Below, piece after piece: positions 31,789 to 43,030 of a stretch of 64,000 nt of DNA (position 1 is the first letter of the stretch; every line of letters begins with the position of its first letter). The notes beneath the pieces are model-generated. The model saw nothing but the letters and a program-made list of their open reading frames with translations. It was not told where the DNA came from and searched no databases. Made by a program: the position numbers and the translations under genes. Location of the stretch: the NCBI GenBank assembly GCA_964229935.1, contig CAXRGI010000293.1, positions 11,385 through 75,384 of the forward strand, in the 5' to 3' direction. The stretch comes from Opitutales bacterium. Lineage in GTDB: Bacteria; Verrucomicrobiota; Verrucomicrobiia; Opitutales; Opitutaceae.

Positions 31789-33615
31789 TTACATTCGGCA
31801 GATGAGGAGTTCGCGCTCGAAGAGCATCTCCTTCGGCAGCCGGTCGCGGAGGTCGAGGAAAAGCTCCTCGTGGCCGATGACCTCGGCGCGCCAGAGAGAA
31901 CGGTCGAATTCCTGCAGGGCCTCGAAGCTCTCGCGCGGATAATCCAATCCGGCCCAGTCGAGGTCATCGTAACGCGGCATCCAGCCGATCGGCGTCTCGC
32001 GACCGAGCGCGCGGCCCCGCGCGCGGTCGACGATCCATTTAAGTACCCGCATGTTCTCGCCGAAGCCGGGCCAGAGGAAGCGTCCGTCGGCGTCCTTGCG
32101 GAACCAGTTCACGTGGAAGATGCGCGGCGTCTCGCGGAGCCGTTTCTGCATCATGATCCAATGGCGGAAATAGTCGCCCATGTGGTAACCGCAGAACGGC
32201 AGCATGGCCATCGGGTCGCGCCGCACCTTGCCGACGGCGCCGGCGGCGGCGGCGGTCATCTCCGACCCCATGGTCGCCCCGATGTACACGCCCGAGCTCC
32301 AATTGAATGCCTGGTACACCAGCGGCATCGTGGTGGCGCGGCGGCCGCCGAAGATGATCGCGCTGATCGGGACGCCCTCGGGGTTCTCCCACGCGGGATC
32401 GATGGTCGGGCACTGCGCGGCCGGCGCGGTGAAGCGCGCATTGGGATGAGCCGCCTTGGCGCCCGCGGTGCGGGCGATCTCCGGGGTCCACTCCTTGCCC
32501 TGCCAGTCGGTGAGCCGCGCGGGCGCCGTCTCGGTCATGCCTTCCCACCAGACACCGCCCTCGGGCGTGAGCGCCACGTTGGTGAAGATCGTGTTGCGCG
32601 CCAGTGCCGCCATGGCGTTGGGGTTAGTTTTCACCGAGGTGCCGGGCGCCACGCCGAAGAATCCCGCCTCCGGGTTGATGGCGTGGAGGCGGCCGTCGGC
32701 GCCGGGGCGGATCCACGCGATGTCGTCACCCACCGTCCAGACCTTCCGGCCGCGCTCTTGAAACGAGGCCGGCGGAACCATCATCGCGAAGTTTGTCTTG
32801 CCGCAGGCGCTGGGAAACGCGGCCGCGACGTAGGTCTTCTCGCCACGCGGATCCTCGACACCGAGGATGAGCATGTGCTCGGCCATCCAGCCTTCGTCGC
32901 GCGCCATGTTCGAAGCGATGCGGAGCGCGAAGCACTTTTTCCCGAGGAGGGCGTTGCCCCCGTAGCCCGAGCCGTAGCTCCAGATCTCACGCGTCTCCGG
33001 AAAATGGACGATGTACTTCTCCGGATTGCACGGCCAGGCGACGTCCTTCTGTCCCGGCGCCAGCGGCGCACCGACGGAATGCAGGCAAGGCACCACGCGT
33101 TTCTCGCCCTTGTCGATCTCGCGGAAGACCGGGAGGCCGATGCGCGCCATGATGCGCATGTTCACCACCACGTACGGCGAGTCGGTGAGCTCGACCCCGA
33201 TCTGCGACATCGGCGAGCCGACCGGTCCCATGCTGAACGGCAACACGTACATCGTGCGCCCGCGCATGCAGCCGGAGAACAGCTCGCGGAGCTTCCGGCG
33301 CATCTCGAAAGGGTTCACCCAGTTGTTGGTCGGACCCGCCGCCTCCCGCGAGTGGGAGCAAATGAAGGTACGGTCCTCAACGCGCGCCACGTCGCTGGCG
33401 TCGCTGCGCGCGTAATAGCACCCGGGCCACAGTTTCTCGTTCAGCCGCGTGAGCGTGCCGGAGCGCACCATCTGCGCGCAGAGGGCGTCATACTCCGCCT
33501 GCGAGCCATCGACCCAATGGATCGCGTCGGGCGCGCATAGCGCGGCCATCTTCTCCACCCAGCGGAGGAGATGCTGGTTGCTCGAGAGCGGTTGGGCGGC
33601 TTGGGAGGTCTTCAC
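31789..33615 (-). CDS. pckG: phosphoenolpyruvate carboxykinase (GTP)
   Basis: [57 protein letters not shown]; GTG start at 33615. Confidence 0.95.
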   Translation of the reverse strand: MKTSQAAQPLSSNQHLLRWVEKMAALCAPDAIHWVDGSQAEYDALCAQMVRSGTLTRLNEKLWPGCYYARSDASDVARVEDRTFICSHSREAAGPTNNWVNPFEMRRKLRELFSGCMRGRTMYVLPFSMGPVGSPMSQIGVELTDSPYVVVNMRIMARIGLPVFREIDKGEKRVVPCLHSVGAPLAPGQKDVAWPCNPEKYIVHFPETREIWSYGSGYGGNALLGKKCFALRIASNMARDEGWMAEHMLILGVEDPRGEKTYVAAAFPSACGKTNFAMMVPPASFQERGRKVWTVGDDIAWIRPGADGRLHAINPEAGFFGVAPGTSVKTNPNAMAALARNTIFTNVALTPEGGVWWEGMTETAPARLTDWQGKEWTPEIARTAGAKAAHPNARFTAPAAQCPTIDPAWENPEGVPISAIIFGGRRATTMPLVYQAFNWSSGVYIGATMGSEMTAAAAGAVGKVRRDPMAMLPFCGYHMGDYFRHWIMMQKRLRETPRIFHVNWFRKDADGRFLWPGFGENMRVLKWIVDRARGRALGRETPIGWMPRYDDLDWAGLDYPRESFEALQEFDRSLWRAEVIGHEELFLDLRDRLPKEMLFERELLICRM

Positions 33616-33640
33616 AGGCGGGAAAGGAGTCGCCCGGGGA

Positions 33641-34924
33641 TCAATCTTTCGCAACCGCGCGAAGCGGTCCGGCCTTGGACTCGTCGAGGGCGCCCTCCCA
33701 TTTGGCGATAACGACCGTGGCGACGGCATTGCCGATGAAGTTCGTGACCGCACGGGCCTCGGACATAAAGCGGTCGACGCCCAGGATGAGGGCCATGCCG
33801 GCGACGGGGATCTTTCCGGTCGCGGCGAGCGTCGCAGCCAGGGTGATGAACCCGCTGCCGGTGATGCCCGCGGCGCCCTTGGAGGTGACGAGCAGCACCG
33901 CGAGCAGCCCGAGTTGCTCCCAGAGTGTCATCGGGGTGTCGGTCGCCTGCGCCACAAAGAGCGCGGCCATGGTCAGGTAGATGCAGGTGCCATCGAGGTT
34001 GAACGAGTAACCGGAGGGCACGACGATCCCGACCACCGGCTTGGCGCAGCCGGCCCGTTCCATCTTTTCCATCAGGCCGGGCAGGGCGGACTCCGAGGAG
34101 GAAGTGCCGATGACGAGCAGGAGCTCCTCGCGGATGTAGCGGATGATCCGGAGAATCCGGAAACCGAAGAGCCGCGCGACGGCACCGAGGATGAGCAGGA
34201 TGAAGACCGCGCAGGTGAGGTAAACGCACGCCAGCAACGCGCCGAGACGGGCGAGCGAGCCGAGGCCGAATTGCCCGATGGTGTACGCCATCGCCCCGGC
34301 GGCGGCCAGCGGGGCGAGGCGGGTCACGAGGTTCACGATGCCGAAGAAGACGCGCGCGACCTCGTTGAGGAGATTCAGAATGGGCCGCCCGTGGTCCCCG
34401 ATGCTGCCGAGCGCGAGTCCGAACAAAACCGCGAGTAGCAGCACCTGCAGGATTTCCCCCTCCGCGAAGGCGCTGACGAACGTCTTCGGGATGATGTTCA
34501 TCAGGAATTCCACCGTACCCATCTCCTTCGCCGCCCCGGTGTAGCGGGCGAGGCCCTTGGCATCGAGCGTGGCCGGATCCGCGTGAAACCCGGCGCCGGG
34601 GGTGAAGACGTTGGCCACCACCAGCCCGATGACCAGGGCGAGCGTCGTGATGATCTCGAAATAGAGGAGCGCCTTGGCGCCGACCCGCCCGATCTTCTTC
34701 AGGTCCCCCATTCCCGCCAGCCCCACGACCACGGTGGTGAAGATGATCGGCCCGATGAGCATCTTCACGAGATTCACAAACGCGTCGCCGAACGGACGCA
34801 TCGACACGCCCCACTTGGGCTGCAGGTAGCCCAGCAAGCCGCCGAGGACGATGCCGATCAGCACCTGGATGTAGAGGGAGACGCGCGGAGAGCGCGGCGC
34901 GGTTTGAGTTTCGGACGGGGTCAT
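33641..34924 (-). CDS. dctA: C4-dicarboxylate:cation symporter
   Basis: [48 protein letters not shown]. Confidence 0.93.
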   Translation of the reverse strand: MTPSETQTAPRSPRVSLYIQVLIGIVLGGLLGYLQPKWGVSMRPFGDAFVNLVKMLIGPIIFTTVVVGLAGMGDLKKIGRVGAKALLYFEIITTLALVIGLVVANVFTPGAGFHADPATLDAKGLARYTGAAKEMGTVEFLMNIIPKTFVSAFAEGEILQVLLLAVLFGLALGSIGDHGRPILNLLNEVARVFFGIVNLVTRLAPLAAAGAMAYTIGQFGLGSLARLGALLACVYLTCAVFILLILGAVARLFGFRILRIIRYIREELLLVIGTSSSESALPGLMEKMERAGCAKPVVGIVVPSGYSFNLDGTCIYLTMAALFVAQATDTPMTLWEQLGLLAVLLVTSKGAAGITGSGFITLAATLAATGKIPVAGMALILGVDRFMSEARAVTNFIGNAVATVVIAKWEGALDESKAGPLRAVAKD

Positions 34925-35115
34925 GGGGAGGCTTCGCGCCAGCAACCGCAACAGGAGTCCCGCCCGACGCCGGGGGCGAGCCCTCAGTCCGCGCGGTCCG
35001 CTGAAGTTAGGGGTCTTCTCGGAAGCCCAACCCCTGCTAATTTCGACCCGGGGCCGGGTTTGCCGGGAGGTTTTCCCACTCGACACCGCGCGCCGCCCCG
35101 CGCCCTTCTCGCGGC

Positions 35116-35898
35116 GTGGCCGCCTTAAATCCCGTCGAGTTGCGCGACGTCGCCAAATCCTACGGCGACGGACCGCCGGTGCTCACGGGCGTGAACCTCG
35201 CGGCGCGCCCCGGGGACCTTGTCGCGCTCATCGGCCCGAGCGGCTGCGGCAAGTCGACCCTGCTCCGCCTGGTGGCGGGTTTGAACCCGGTCTCGGCCGG
35301 CCGGCTGACGGTCAACGGACGTACTCCGGGCGAGGCGGCGGATGAACTGGCGTTCGTCTTCCAGGAGGCGACCTTGCTCCCGTGGCTGACGGTCGCGCAG
35401 AACGTAGAGGTACCGCTGCGCCTGCGCGGAGTTCCCGCGGAAGAGCGGGCGGAAGCGAGGCGGAAGGTTCTTGAACTGGTGCGGCTCACCGACCGCGCGC
35501 AGGCCTATCCGCGCCAGCTTTCGGGCGGCCAGAAAATGCGCGTCTCCCTCGCGCGGGCCCTGATCGTCTCGCCGAAAATCATCCTTCTCGACGAGCCGTT
35601 CGGCGCGCTCGACGAGATGACGCGCGAGCATCTCAACGAGGAGCTGCTGGGCATCCGCCAAGCGACCGGCTGGACGGCCTTTTTTGTGACGCACTCGGTG
35701 GCGGAGGCGGTGTTCCTTTCCAACCGCATCGTGGTGATGGCGGCCAACCCGGGCCGCGTGCACGCGGAGATCGCGGTTCCCCTGCCCTATCCGCGCACCC
35801 CGGAGACGCGCGTCTCGCGGGCGTACCTCGACCTCGTCGCCCAAGTCTCGCGCGTGCTGCGTTCGGTGGAGGACTCCGCCGGTCCCTTGGCGCCATGA
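35116..35898 (+). CDS. NitT/TauT family ABC transporter ATP-binding protein
   Basis: [28 protein letters not shown]. Confidence 0.92.
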   Translation: MAALNPVELRDVAKSYGDGPPVLTGVNLAARPGDLVALIGPSGCGKSTLLRLVAGLNPVSAGRLTVNGRTPGEAADELAFVFQEATLLPWLTVAQNVEVPLRLRGVPAEERAEARRKVLELVRLTDRAQAYPRQLSGGQKMRVSLARALIVSPKIILLDEPFGALDEMTREHLNEELLGIRQATGWTAFFVTHSVAEAVFLSNRIVVMAANPGRVHAEIAVPLPYPRTPETRVSRAYLDLVAQVSRVLRSVEDSAGPLAP

Positions 35899-36686
35899 GA
35901 AAGCCGCTGCTCAACCTCCTGCTGCCCGCCGCGGCCGGTGTCGCCTTCCTCGGGTGTTGGCAGGGCGTGCACCTTTCGCTTTCGGAGGATTCACGGTTTC
36001 TCCTCCCCTCGCCGGGCGCCGTCGGGCAGGCCATGCTGGACCACCGGGCGACGTTGCTGCGCGCGACGCTCAACACCGCGGAGGGCGCCCTGGCGGGTTT
36101 CGGACTGGCGGTGGCGGTGAGCACGGTGATCTCGATCCTGCTGGCGTTATCCCCGTGGGTGCGCCGCGCGTTCTACCCGTACCTGATGGCGCTGCAGATG
36201 ACCCCGCTGCCCGTGCTCGCGCCGATCTGCGTGATTTGGGTGGGGGCCGGGTTGAAGAGCGTCGCGCTGCTCACCTTCGTGATCTCTTTCTTTCCCCTGG
36301 TGGTGAACACGACGCAGGGGCTGATCTCGACCGACCGCAACCTGGTGGAGCTCTTCCAGCTGTACGGGGCGCGTCCGTGGCAGAAGCTTCTGCTGCTCCG
36401 CGCACCCGCCGCCCTGCCCTACTTTTTCACCGGCCTGCGCATCGCCGCGACCATCGCTCCGATCGGGGCCGTGGTGGCCGACATGAACGCCGGCACCTCG
36501 GCCGGTGACGGCGGCGGGCTCGGTTTCCAGGCGGTCATCTTCGCCAGCCAGGCTCGCTACGCCGCCCTCTTCGCCACCGCCGCCACCACGTGCCTGCTCG
36601 GCTTCGCACTCAACGCCGTCGTGCTGCTGGTCTCATGGCTCTGCCTGCGTCACTGGCACGACTCCTACGAGCGCACCGACCGTTGA
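35895..36686 (+). CDS. NitT/TauT family ABC transporter permease
   Basis: LLPSP, FFP.VVNT..G, LPYFFTGLR; overlaps the ATPase stop. Confidence 0.9.
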   Translation: MRKPLLNLLLPAAAGVAFLGCWQGVHLSLSEDSRFLLPSPGAVGQAMLDHRATLLRATLNTAEGALAGFGLAVAVSTVISILLALSPWVRRAFYPYLMALQMTPLPVLAPICVIWVGAGLKSVALLTFVISFFPLVVNTTQGLISTDRNLVELFQLYGARPWQKLLLLRAPAALPYFFTGLRIAATIAPIGAVVADMNAGTSAGDGGGLGFQAVIFASQARYAALFATAATTCLLGFALNAVVLLVSWLCLRHWHDSYERTDR

Positions 36687-36736
36687 GCGGAGGGCGCGTT
36701 GCAAAGGGCCCGTTCCTGCGCTCCTGTCCGCCCATC

Positions 36737-37702
36737 ATGAAAACCGCCGCGCTGATCGCCCTCGCCCTCGCCGCCCTCCCACCCGCCGCCGCGGCGGAGG
36801 CGCCGCGGAAACTGATCGTGCAGCTGGACTGGATGGCGGAGCCCGAGCACGGCGGTTTCTACCAGGCGCAAGCCCGCGGCTTCTTCCGCGAGGAAGGCCT
36901 CGACGTCACGCTTCTCCCCGGCGGACCGGGCGCCCATGTGATGCCGAGCGTCGCGACCGGAAAAGCCGACATCGGCCAGGCCGATGACGTCGGCACGCTG
37001 ATGCAGCAGGCGGAGGGCATGCCGTTCGTGCAGTTCGCGGCGGTTTTCCAGGATGATCCGGCGGGCATCCTCGTCCATGCCGACAGCCCGGTGCGGACCT
37101 TCGAGGACCTGCAGGGCCGCACGATCATCGCGCGACCGAGCTGGCCGTTCCTCGAGTTCCTCAAGCGCAAATACAACCTGAAGGTGAACGTGGTGGCGCA
37201 AAACTTCTCGAGCGCCGCCTTCCTCGGCAACAAGGAGGCGCTGCAGCAGGGATATTACATCGCCGAGCCGTTCCACATCACGAAGGCCGGCGGAAAGATG
37301 CCGCGTTTCCTCGCGACCTGGGACGCCGGCTACCGCGGCTACGCCGTCCTCATCACAAGCCGGAAGTTCGCGCGAGAGCGTCCCGCGGACCTGCGCGCCT
37401 TCACCCGTGCCTACCTGCGCGGCTGGCGGGACTACCTCGAGGGCGACCCGGCCCCGGCCCACGCGCTGATGAAAAGCGCCAATTCCTCCAACACCGATGA
37501 GTTCATGGATTTCTCGCGCCGGATGATCATCGGCGATCGCCTCGTTACCGGGCGCGACGCCGATGGCGGACCGGACCGGATCGGACGCCTCGAGCCCGCG
37601 CGTTTCGCGCGTCAGATCGCCATGCTGGAGGAACTCGGCCTGATCGCGAAGGGCAAGCTGTCCGCCGACCGCGTGATGACGACGGAGTTTCTGCCGAAGT
37701 GA
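36737..37702 (+). CDS. ABC substrate-binding protein (NMT1/THI5-like)
   Basis: Signal peptide; LDW..EPEHGGFYQA...GFF..EGLDV...GGP. Confidence 0.88.
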   Translation: MKTAALIALALAALPPAAAAEAPRKLIVQLDWMAEPEHGGFYQAQARGFFREEGLDVTLLPGGPGAHVMPSVATGKADIGQADDVGTLMQQAEGMPFVQFAAVFQDDPAGILVHADSPVRTFEDLQGRTIIARPSWPFLEFLKRKYNLKVNVVAQNFSSAAFLGNKEALQQGYYIAEPFHITKAGGKMPRFLATWDAGYRGYAVLITSRKFARERPADLRAFTRAYLRGWRDYLEGDPAPAHALMKSANSSNTDEFMDFSRRMIIGDRLVTGRDADGGPDRIGRLEPARFARQIAMLEELGLIAKGKLSADRVMTTEFLPK

Positions 37703-37781
37703 ACCCGGCGGTCAGCGTTCGCGACCGCCGCGGAAAAGCCACTTGCCAGTCCCGCCGGGCGCGCGAAATCATCCGCGCCCC

Positions 37782-38969
37782 ATGATCATCCGACCGAAGG
37801 TCCGCGGGTTCGTCTGCGTGACCGCCCACCCCGAGGGCTGCGCCGCCCACGTCCAGGACTGGATCAACCACGTGCAAAGCCGCGGCCCGATCGCCGGCGG
37901 CCCGAAGCGCGTCCTCGTGATCGGCGCCTCGACCGGCTACGGCCTAGCCTCGCGGATCACCTCCGCCTTCGGCTGCGGCGCCGCCACGGTCGGCGTGTTT
38001 TTCGAGCGCCCTTCGGAGGAGGGCCGGCCCGCCACTCCGGGTTGGTACAACACCATCGCGGCGACCCGCGCCGCCCGCGCCCGCGGCCTCTACGCCGGCA
38101 ATATCAACGGCGACGCGTTCTCCGACGAGATCAAGCAGCGCACGCTGGAAATGCTCCGCGCCGACGTCGGCCCGGTCGACCTCGTTGTCTACTCCCTCGC
38201 CTCCCCGCGCCGCACCCATCCGCGCACCGGAGCCGTCCATCGTTCCGTCCTGAAGCCGGTCGGCGCCCCCTACACCAACAAGACAGTCGACACCGACAAG
38301 GGCGTCGTCTCCACCGTGACCATCGAGCCGGCCAACGAGGCCGAGATCGCCGACACCACCGCGGTCATGGGCGGCGAGGACTGGGAGATGTGGATGAACG
38401 CGCTCTCCGCGGCCGGCCTGCTCGCGCCCGGCGCGCAGTCGGTCGCCTATTCCTACATCGGGCCCGAGGTCACCTGGGCGATCTACAAGAACGGCACGAT
38501 CGGGCTCGCGAAGAACGACCTTGAGCGCGCCGCCCGCAACATCGATTCCCTCCTCAAGCTCAACGGCGGCGGCCGCGCCTTCATCTCGGTGAACAAGGCG
38601 CTGGTCACCCAGGCCAGCTCCGCGATTCCCGTGGTGCCGCTGTACATCTCGATCCTCTACAAGGTCATGAAGGCCGCCGGCACGCACGAGGGCTGCATCG
38701 AGCAGGTGCAGCGGCTGTTCGCCACGCGCATGTACAACGGGAGCAAGCCGGGGCTCGACGAGGCCGGCCGCGTGCGCATCGACGACTGGGAGATGCGTCC
38801 CGAGATCCAGGCCGCGGTGCGCGACATCTGGCCGCGCGTCACGACCGAGAACCTCGCTGAGCTAACCGACATCGCCGGCTACCGGACCGACTTTCTGAAG
38901 CTCTTCGGCTTCGGCCTGTCCGGGATCAATTACGACGCCGAAACCGAGCCCCACGTGCCGATGCTCTGA
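37782..38969 (+). CDS. fabV: enoyl-ACP reductase FabV / trans-2-enoyl-CoA reductase
   Basis: [58 protein letters not shown]. Confidence 0.95.
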   Translation: MIIRPKVRGFVCVTAHPEGCAAHVQDWINHVQSRGPIAGGPKRVLVIGASTGYGLASRITSAFGCGAATVGVFFERPSEEGRPATPGWYNTIAATRAARARGLYAGNINGDAFSDEIKQRTLEMLRADVGPVDLVVYSLASPRRTHPRTGAVHRSVLKPVGAPYTNKTVDTDKGVVSTVTIEPANEAEIADTTAVMGGEDWEMWMNALSAAGLLAPGAQSVAYSYIGPEVTWAIYKNGTIGLAKNDLERAARNIDSLLKLNGGGRAFISVNKALVTQASSAIPVVPLYISILYKVMKAAGTHEGCIEQVQRLFATRMYNGSKPGLDEAGRVRIDDWEMRPEIQAAVRDIWPRVTTENLAELTDIAGYRTDFLKLFGFGLSGINYDAETEPHVPML

Positions 38970-38992
38970 GCGGCCCGGCCGCGCCGTTTGCC

Positions 38993-39445
38993 ATGCGTGC
39001 GGTCGTGCAACGCGTCTCCTCCGCCCGTGTCACGGTGGAGGGCGCCGTCACGGGAGAGATCGGCCCGGGTCTGCTGCTGCTCCTCGGCGTCGGCCGCGAG
39101 GACACGCCCGAGGACGCCGCCTGGCTCGCCGCCAAGGTGGCCGCGCTGCGGATATTCGAGGATGAAACCGGACGCATGAACCGCGCGGTGACGGAGACCG
39201 GCGGCGGGATTCTCGTGGTGAGCCAGTTCACGCTCTTCGCCAGCACCCGCAAAGGCACGCGCCCGTCGTTCAACGAAGCGGCGCCACCCGACCGCGCCAT
39301 CCCGTTATACGAGGAGTTCAACCGGCTCGCCGCCGCCGCCCTGGGCCGTCCCGTGCAAACAGGGCGATTCGGCGCGCGCATGGACGTCGCGCTCGTCAAC
39401 GACGGGCCGGTGACAATCCTGATCGATTCCAAAGCCCGCGAGTGA
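38993..39445 (+). CDS. dtd: D-aminoacyl-tRNA deacylase
   Basis: [19 protein letters not shown]. Confidence 0.96.
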   Translation: MRAVVQRVSSARVTVEGAVTGEIGPGLLLLLGVGREDTPEDAAWLAAKVAALRIFEDETGRMNRAVTETGGGILVVSQFTLFASTRKGTRPSFNEAAPPDRAIPLYEEFNRLAAAALGRPVQTGRFGARMDVALVNDGPVTILIDSKARE

Positions 39446-39493
39446 GGCGGGCCCCGCGCTGGACTCGCGCCCATCGCAGCGTTTGCTCGCGGC

Positions 39494-41719
39494 ATGCGCC
39501 GCTTTTCCCCGCACCTGCCGCTGCTGGCCGCCGCCCTACCCGCCCTCCTCGCCGCCGCCACCCCCGAGGAGGAGGCGCTCCGCCATTTCCGCGACCTCGC
39601 CGAGACGCGCAACTACACCCTTGGCCGGCCCGTCTCGCCGCAGGTCACACCCGACGGCAAGCACGTCGTCTTTCTTCGGTCGCTGCCGCGCGACCCGACG
39701 CTGCGCCTCTTCGAGTTTGATCTGGCCGCCAACCGGGAGCGTGAGCTGCTCACCCCCGCCCAGCTGCTCGGCGGCGCCGAAGAGAACCTGAGCGCCGAGG
39801 AAAAGGCCCGCCGTGAACGCCAACGGCAAAGCCTCAAGGGGTTCACCGCCTACCAGATGTCGCGGGACGGCGCGCGCCTGCTCGTCACCCTTTCCGGACG
39901 CCTCTACCTGTTTGAACGCGCCTCCCTGAAGGTCATCCAGCTTCCCGGATCGGGCTGGATCGACCCGCGCTTTTCGCCCGACGGCCGCCTCGTGGCGGCC
40001 GCCGGGGCCGACCGTGAGCTGCACGTCATCGATCCCGCCGCCGGCACCGCGCGCGCCGTGACCTCCGGCGCCACCGCGACCCTCTCCCATGGAACCGCCG
40101 AGTTCGTCGCGCAGGAGGAGATGAGCCGGAGCCGCGGCTTCTGGTGGTCGCCGGACTCCGCGACGCTGCTGGTCCAGCAGACGGAGGAATCAGGCGTTGA
40201 GGTGCGCCACATCGCCGACCCGCTGCATCCCGAGGCGCCGCCGGCGCGTTTCTTTTACCCGCGCGCCGGGACCGCCAACGCGGTGGTTCGCCTCTTCCTC
40301 GTTTCGCGGGAAGGCGGCGCGACCAAGCCGGTGAGCTGGGACACCAACGCGTTCCCGTACCTCGCCCACGTCAATTGGACGCCGCGCGCGCCGCTCACGA
40401 TCCTCGTGCAGAACCGCGCGCAAACGGAGCAGCGCCTGCTCGCGGTGAACACCGCGACCGGCCGCACCCAGGAACTCCTCCGTGAAACCGACACCGCGTG
40501 GCTGAATCTCGACGACAACGGATCCGGCTCCACATCGGCGTTCCGGCCTCCGCTCTGGCTCGCCGACGGCTCCCGTTTCCTTTGGACGACGGAGCGCAAC
40601 GGCTCTTGGCAGGTCGAGCTGCGCGACGCCTCCGGCGCGCTCGTCCACGAGATCACCCCGGTGACGTTCGGCTACCGCCGCCTGCTGGGAGTCGACGAGG
40701 AGTCCGGCACGGTGTGGGTCGCCGGAGGCGAGGACGCGCGGGAAACGCACGTCTGGACGTTTCCGCTCGGCGGCGGAGCGCGCGGGCGGGCGATCACCCG
40801 CGGTCGCGGGATGCACGGCGCGACCTACGCCCACGAGGCCAGGCTGCTGCTGCGCACCACGGATCTCTTCGACGGCACCTGGCGGCTCGACGTGGTTTCG
40901 GCGGACGACGACCGCGTGGTCGCCACCCTGCCTTCTCTCGCCGAGCCCATTCCGCGCGCCCCGAACACGGAGCTGACGCGCACGGGTGGAGAGCCCTCCT
41001 TCGACGCGGCCGTCACGCGGCCCCGGAGTTTCGACTCCACCGCCAAATACCCGGTGATCCAATGGGTGTACGCGGGCCCGACGAGCAAGACGGTGACCGC
41101 CAACCTGCGGGCTTACCTTCCCGACCAGTGGATGGCGGACCAGGGTTTCATCGTGGTTCGCTTTGACGGCCGGGGCACGCCCTGGCGGGGCCGTGCCTGG
41201 GAGCGCGTGGTGAAAGGAAACCTGCTCGACACCGCCCTCGCCGACCAGATAGCGGCGCTGCGGGCCCTGGCGAAACAGGTGCCGCAAATGGCCCTCGAGC
41301 GCGTCGGCGTGAGCGGCTGGTCGTTCGGGGGCTACTGCGCGGCGATGGCGGCGAGCCGGAGGCCGGATATGTTCCGGTGCGGCGTGGTGGGAGCGCCCGT
41401 GGTGACGTGGGAAAACTACGACACCCACTACACCGAGCGTTACCTCGGCCTGCCCGCCGAGGCGCCGGAGGCATACAGCGTGAGCAACGTCACCACCTAC
41501 GCCGCCGAGGCGCGCCGCCCGTTGCTGCTCGTGCACGGACTCGCCGATGACAATGTCTACTTCCAGCACACGCTCCAGCTCGCCGACGCACTCTTCCGTG
41601 CCGGCAAAACCTACGAGCTCCTGCCGATGATGGGCACCCACATGGTGAGCGATCCGCTGATCCGCATGCGTCAGCAGACACGCATCATGGACTTTCTGCA
41701 GCGCGAACTGCGTCGCTGA
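39494..41719 (+). CDS. S9B dipeptidyl peptidase IV family protein
   Basis: Signal peptide; EFVAQEEM, WWSPD, GWSFGG, DDNV, C-terminal catalytic His. Confidence 0.9.
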   Translation: MRRFSPHLPLLAAALPALLAAATPEEEALRHFRDLAETRNYTLGRPVSPQVTPDGKHVVFLRSLPRDPTLRLFEFDLAANRERELLTPAQLLGGAEENLSAEEKARRERQRQSLKGFTAYQMSRDGARLLVTLSGRLYLFERASLKVIQLPGSGWIDPRFSPDGRLVAAAGADRELHVIDPAAGTARAVTSGATATLSHGTAEFVAQEEMSRSRGFWWSPDSATLLVQQTEESGVEVRHIADPLHPEAPPARFFYPRAGTANAVVRLFLVSREGGATKPVSWDTNAFPYLAHVNWTPRAPLTILVQNRAQTEQRLLAVNTATGRTQELLRETDTAWLNLDDNGSGSTSAFRPPLWLADGSRFLWTTERNGSWQVELRDASGALVHEITPVTFGYRRLLGVDEESGTVWVAGGEDARETHVWTFPLGGGARGRAITRGRGMHGATYAHEARLLLRTTDLFDGTWRLDVVSADDDRVVATLPSLAEPIPRAPNTELTRTGGEPSFDAAVTRPRSFDSTAKYPVIQWVYAGPTSKTVTANLRAYLPDQWMADQGFIVVRFDGRGTPWRGRAWERVVKGNLLDTALADQIAALRALAKQVPQMALERVGVSGWSFGGYCAAMAASRRPDMFRCGVVGAPVVTWENYDTHYTERYLGLPAEAPEAYSVSNVTTYAAEARRPLLLVHGLADDNVYFQHTLQLADALFRAGKTYELLPMMGTHMVSDPLIRMRQQTRIMDFLQRELRR

Positions 41720-41764
41720 GTGCGGGGTAGCGCCACCGCGAGGCGCCAGGATTCCCGTCCGCCC

Positions 41765-41791
41765 GATTCACCAGACGGTGTCTGGTGAATC
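41765..41791. repeat. perfect palindrome upstream of the yhcG-like gene
   Basis: GATTCACCAGAC-GGT-GTCTGGTGAATC (12-bp arms). Confidence 0.9.
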
Positions 41792-41881
41792 ACCGGGCCG
41801 CCCGGCGACATCGGCGCCTCTACCGCTTTTTCGGGTCAGGGCGGAATCGCGGCAAAAGCGGCCGGTCGCGTTTCTCCCCGA

Positions 41882-42985
41882 ATGACCAAATCAGACGGCC
41901 CGCGGGAAAACACCGGTTCACAAGCGAGCTTGCGCCGCGCCCCCGCGACCTACGCGCGGCTAGTCGCGGACCTAGGGTGTATGCTGGTGGAGGCGAGACA
42001 GGTGTCCGCCCGCGCCGTCAACGCGGTGATGACGGCCACGTACTGGGAGTTCGGCCGCCGCATCGTTGACTTCGAGCAGCGCGGAGCCGCCCGCGCCGAC
42101 TACGGCGCCCGGCTTCTGCGCCGACTTGCGCACGATCTCACCCGCCGGCACGGGCGCGGCTTCTCCCTCTCCAATCTGCAGAATTTCCGCGCGTTCTACC
42201 TGCTCTGGCCAATTCACCAGACAGCGTCTGGTGAATCCAGCCGCGGCCGGGCGCGGCCGGTTTTCGGCCTGCCGTGGTCGCATTATGTGCGGCTACTGAC
42301 CGTGAAGGACTGTGCGGCCCGCCGCTTCTACGAGGCGGAGGCGTTGCGCGACGGCTGGTCCGTGCGGCAGCTTGACCGCCAGATCGCCACGGCGTTCCAC
42401 GAACGCACATTGCTGTCCCGCGCCCGCGGAAATTTTTCAGTGCGCCCCGCGACGCAGCGGAGCCGCGAAAGGCTGAGACCCGAGGATGAAATCAAGCACC
42501 CCCTGGTCCTTGAATTCCTGGATCTGCACGAGGCGCACTCGGAGTCGGATCTCGAGGAAGCGCTCCTGCTTCATCTCGAGAAATTCCTGCTCGAGCTCGG
42601 CGGCGACTTCGCGTTCGTGGGCCGGCAGCGTCGCCTGAGGATCGGAGCCGAATGGTACCGCGTGGACCTGCTCTTCTTCCACCGACGGCTCCGCTGCCTT
42701 GTGGTGATCGATCTCAAGATCGGCCGTCTCACCCACGCGGACACGGGGCAGATGAACGTTTACCTGAATTACGCCAGCCGCCACTGGAGGCGGAAGGGCG
42801 AGAATCTTCCGGTGGGGCTCATTCTTTGCTCCGAGCAGGATGAAGCGCTGGCGCAGTACGCGCTGAAGGGGATGGGAAGGCGGATCCTTACCCGCGAATA
42901 CCGCCTGGCGCTCCCACCCGAGGCGGCGCTGGTGGAGCAATTGCAGCACGCCCGGCTACGTCTCGAGGTCAAGGCCCCCCGGTGA
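41882..42985 (+). CDS. YhcG/DUF1016 family PD-(D/E)XK nuclease-domain protein
   Basis: VNAVMTATYWEFG, GFSLSNL..FR.FY, LPWSHY, WSVRQLDRQI, FLLELG.DFAFVGRQ, VDLLFFHR.L.C.VVIDLK, GQMNVYL. Confidence 0.92.
   Translation: MTKSDGPRENTGSQASLRRAPATYARLVADLGCMLVEARQVSARAVNAVMTATYWEFGRRIVDFEQRGAARADYGARLLRRLAHDLTRRHGRGFSLSNLQNFRAFYLLWPIHQTASGESSRGRARPVFGLPWSHYVRLLTVKDCAARRFYEAEALRDGWSVRQLDRQIATAFHERTLLSRARGNFSVRPATQRSRERLRPEDEIKHPLVLEFLDLHEAHSESDLEEALLLHLEKFLLELGGDFAFVGRQRRLRIGAEWYRVDLLFFHRRLRCLVVIDLKIGRLTHADTGQMNVYLNYASRHWRRKGENLPVGLILCSEQDEALAQYALKGMGRRILTREYRLALPPEAALVEQLQHARLRLEVKAPR
42212..42236. repeat. in-frame second copy of the palindrome inside the yhcG-like ORF
   Basis: ATTCACCAGAC-AGC-GTCTGGTGAAT, encoding IHQTASGE; 23/25 identical to 41766-41790. 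Confidence 0.9.
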
Positions 42986-43030
42986 AGACCTTGGTCCCGG
43001 TGCCGGCTCCTCCAGCGAACGCTGGATCCA

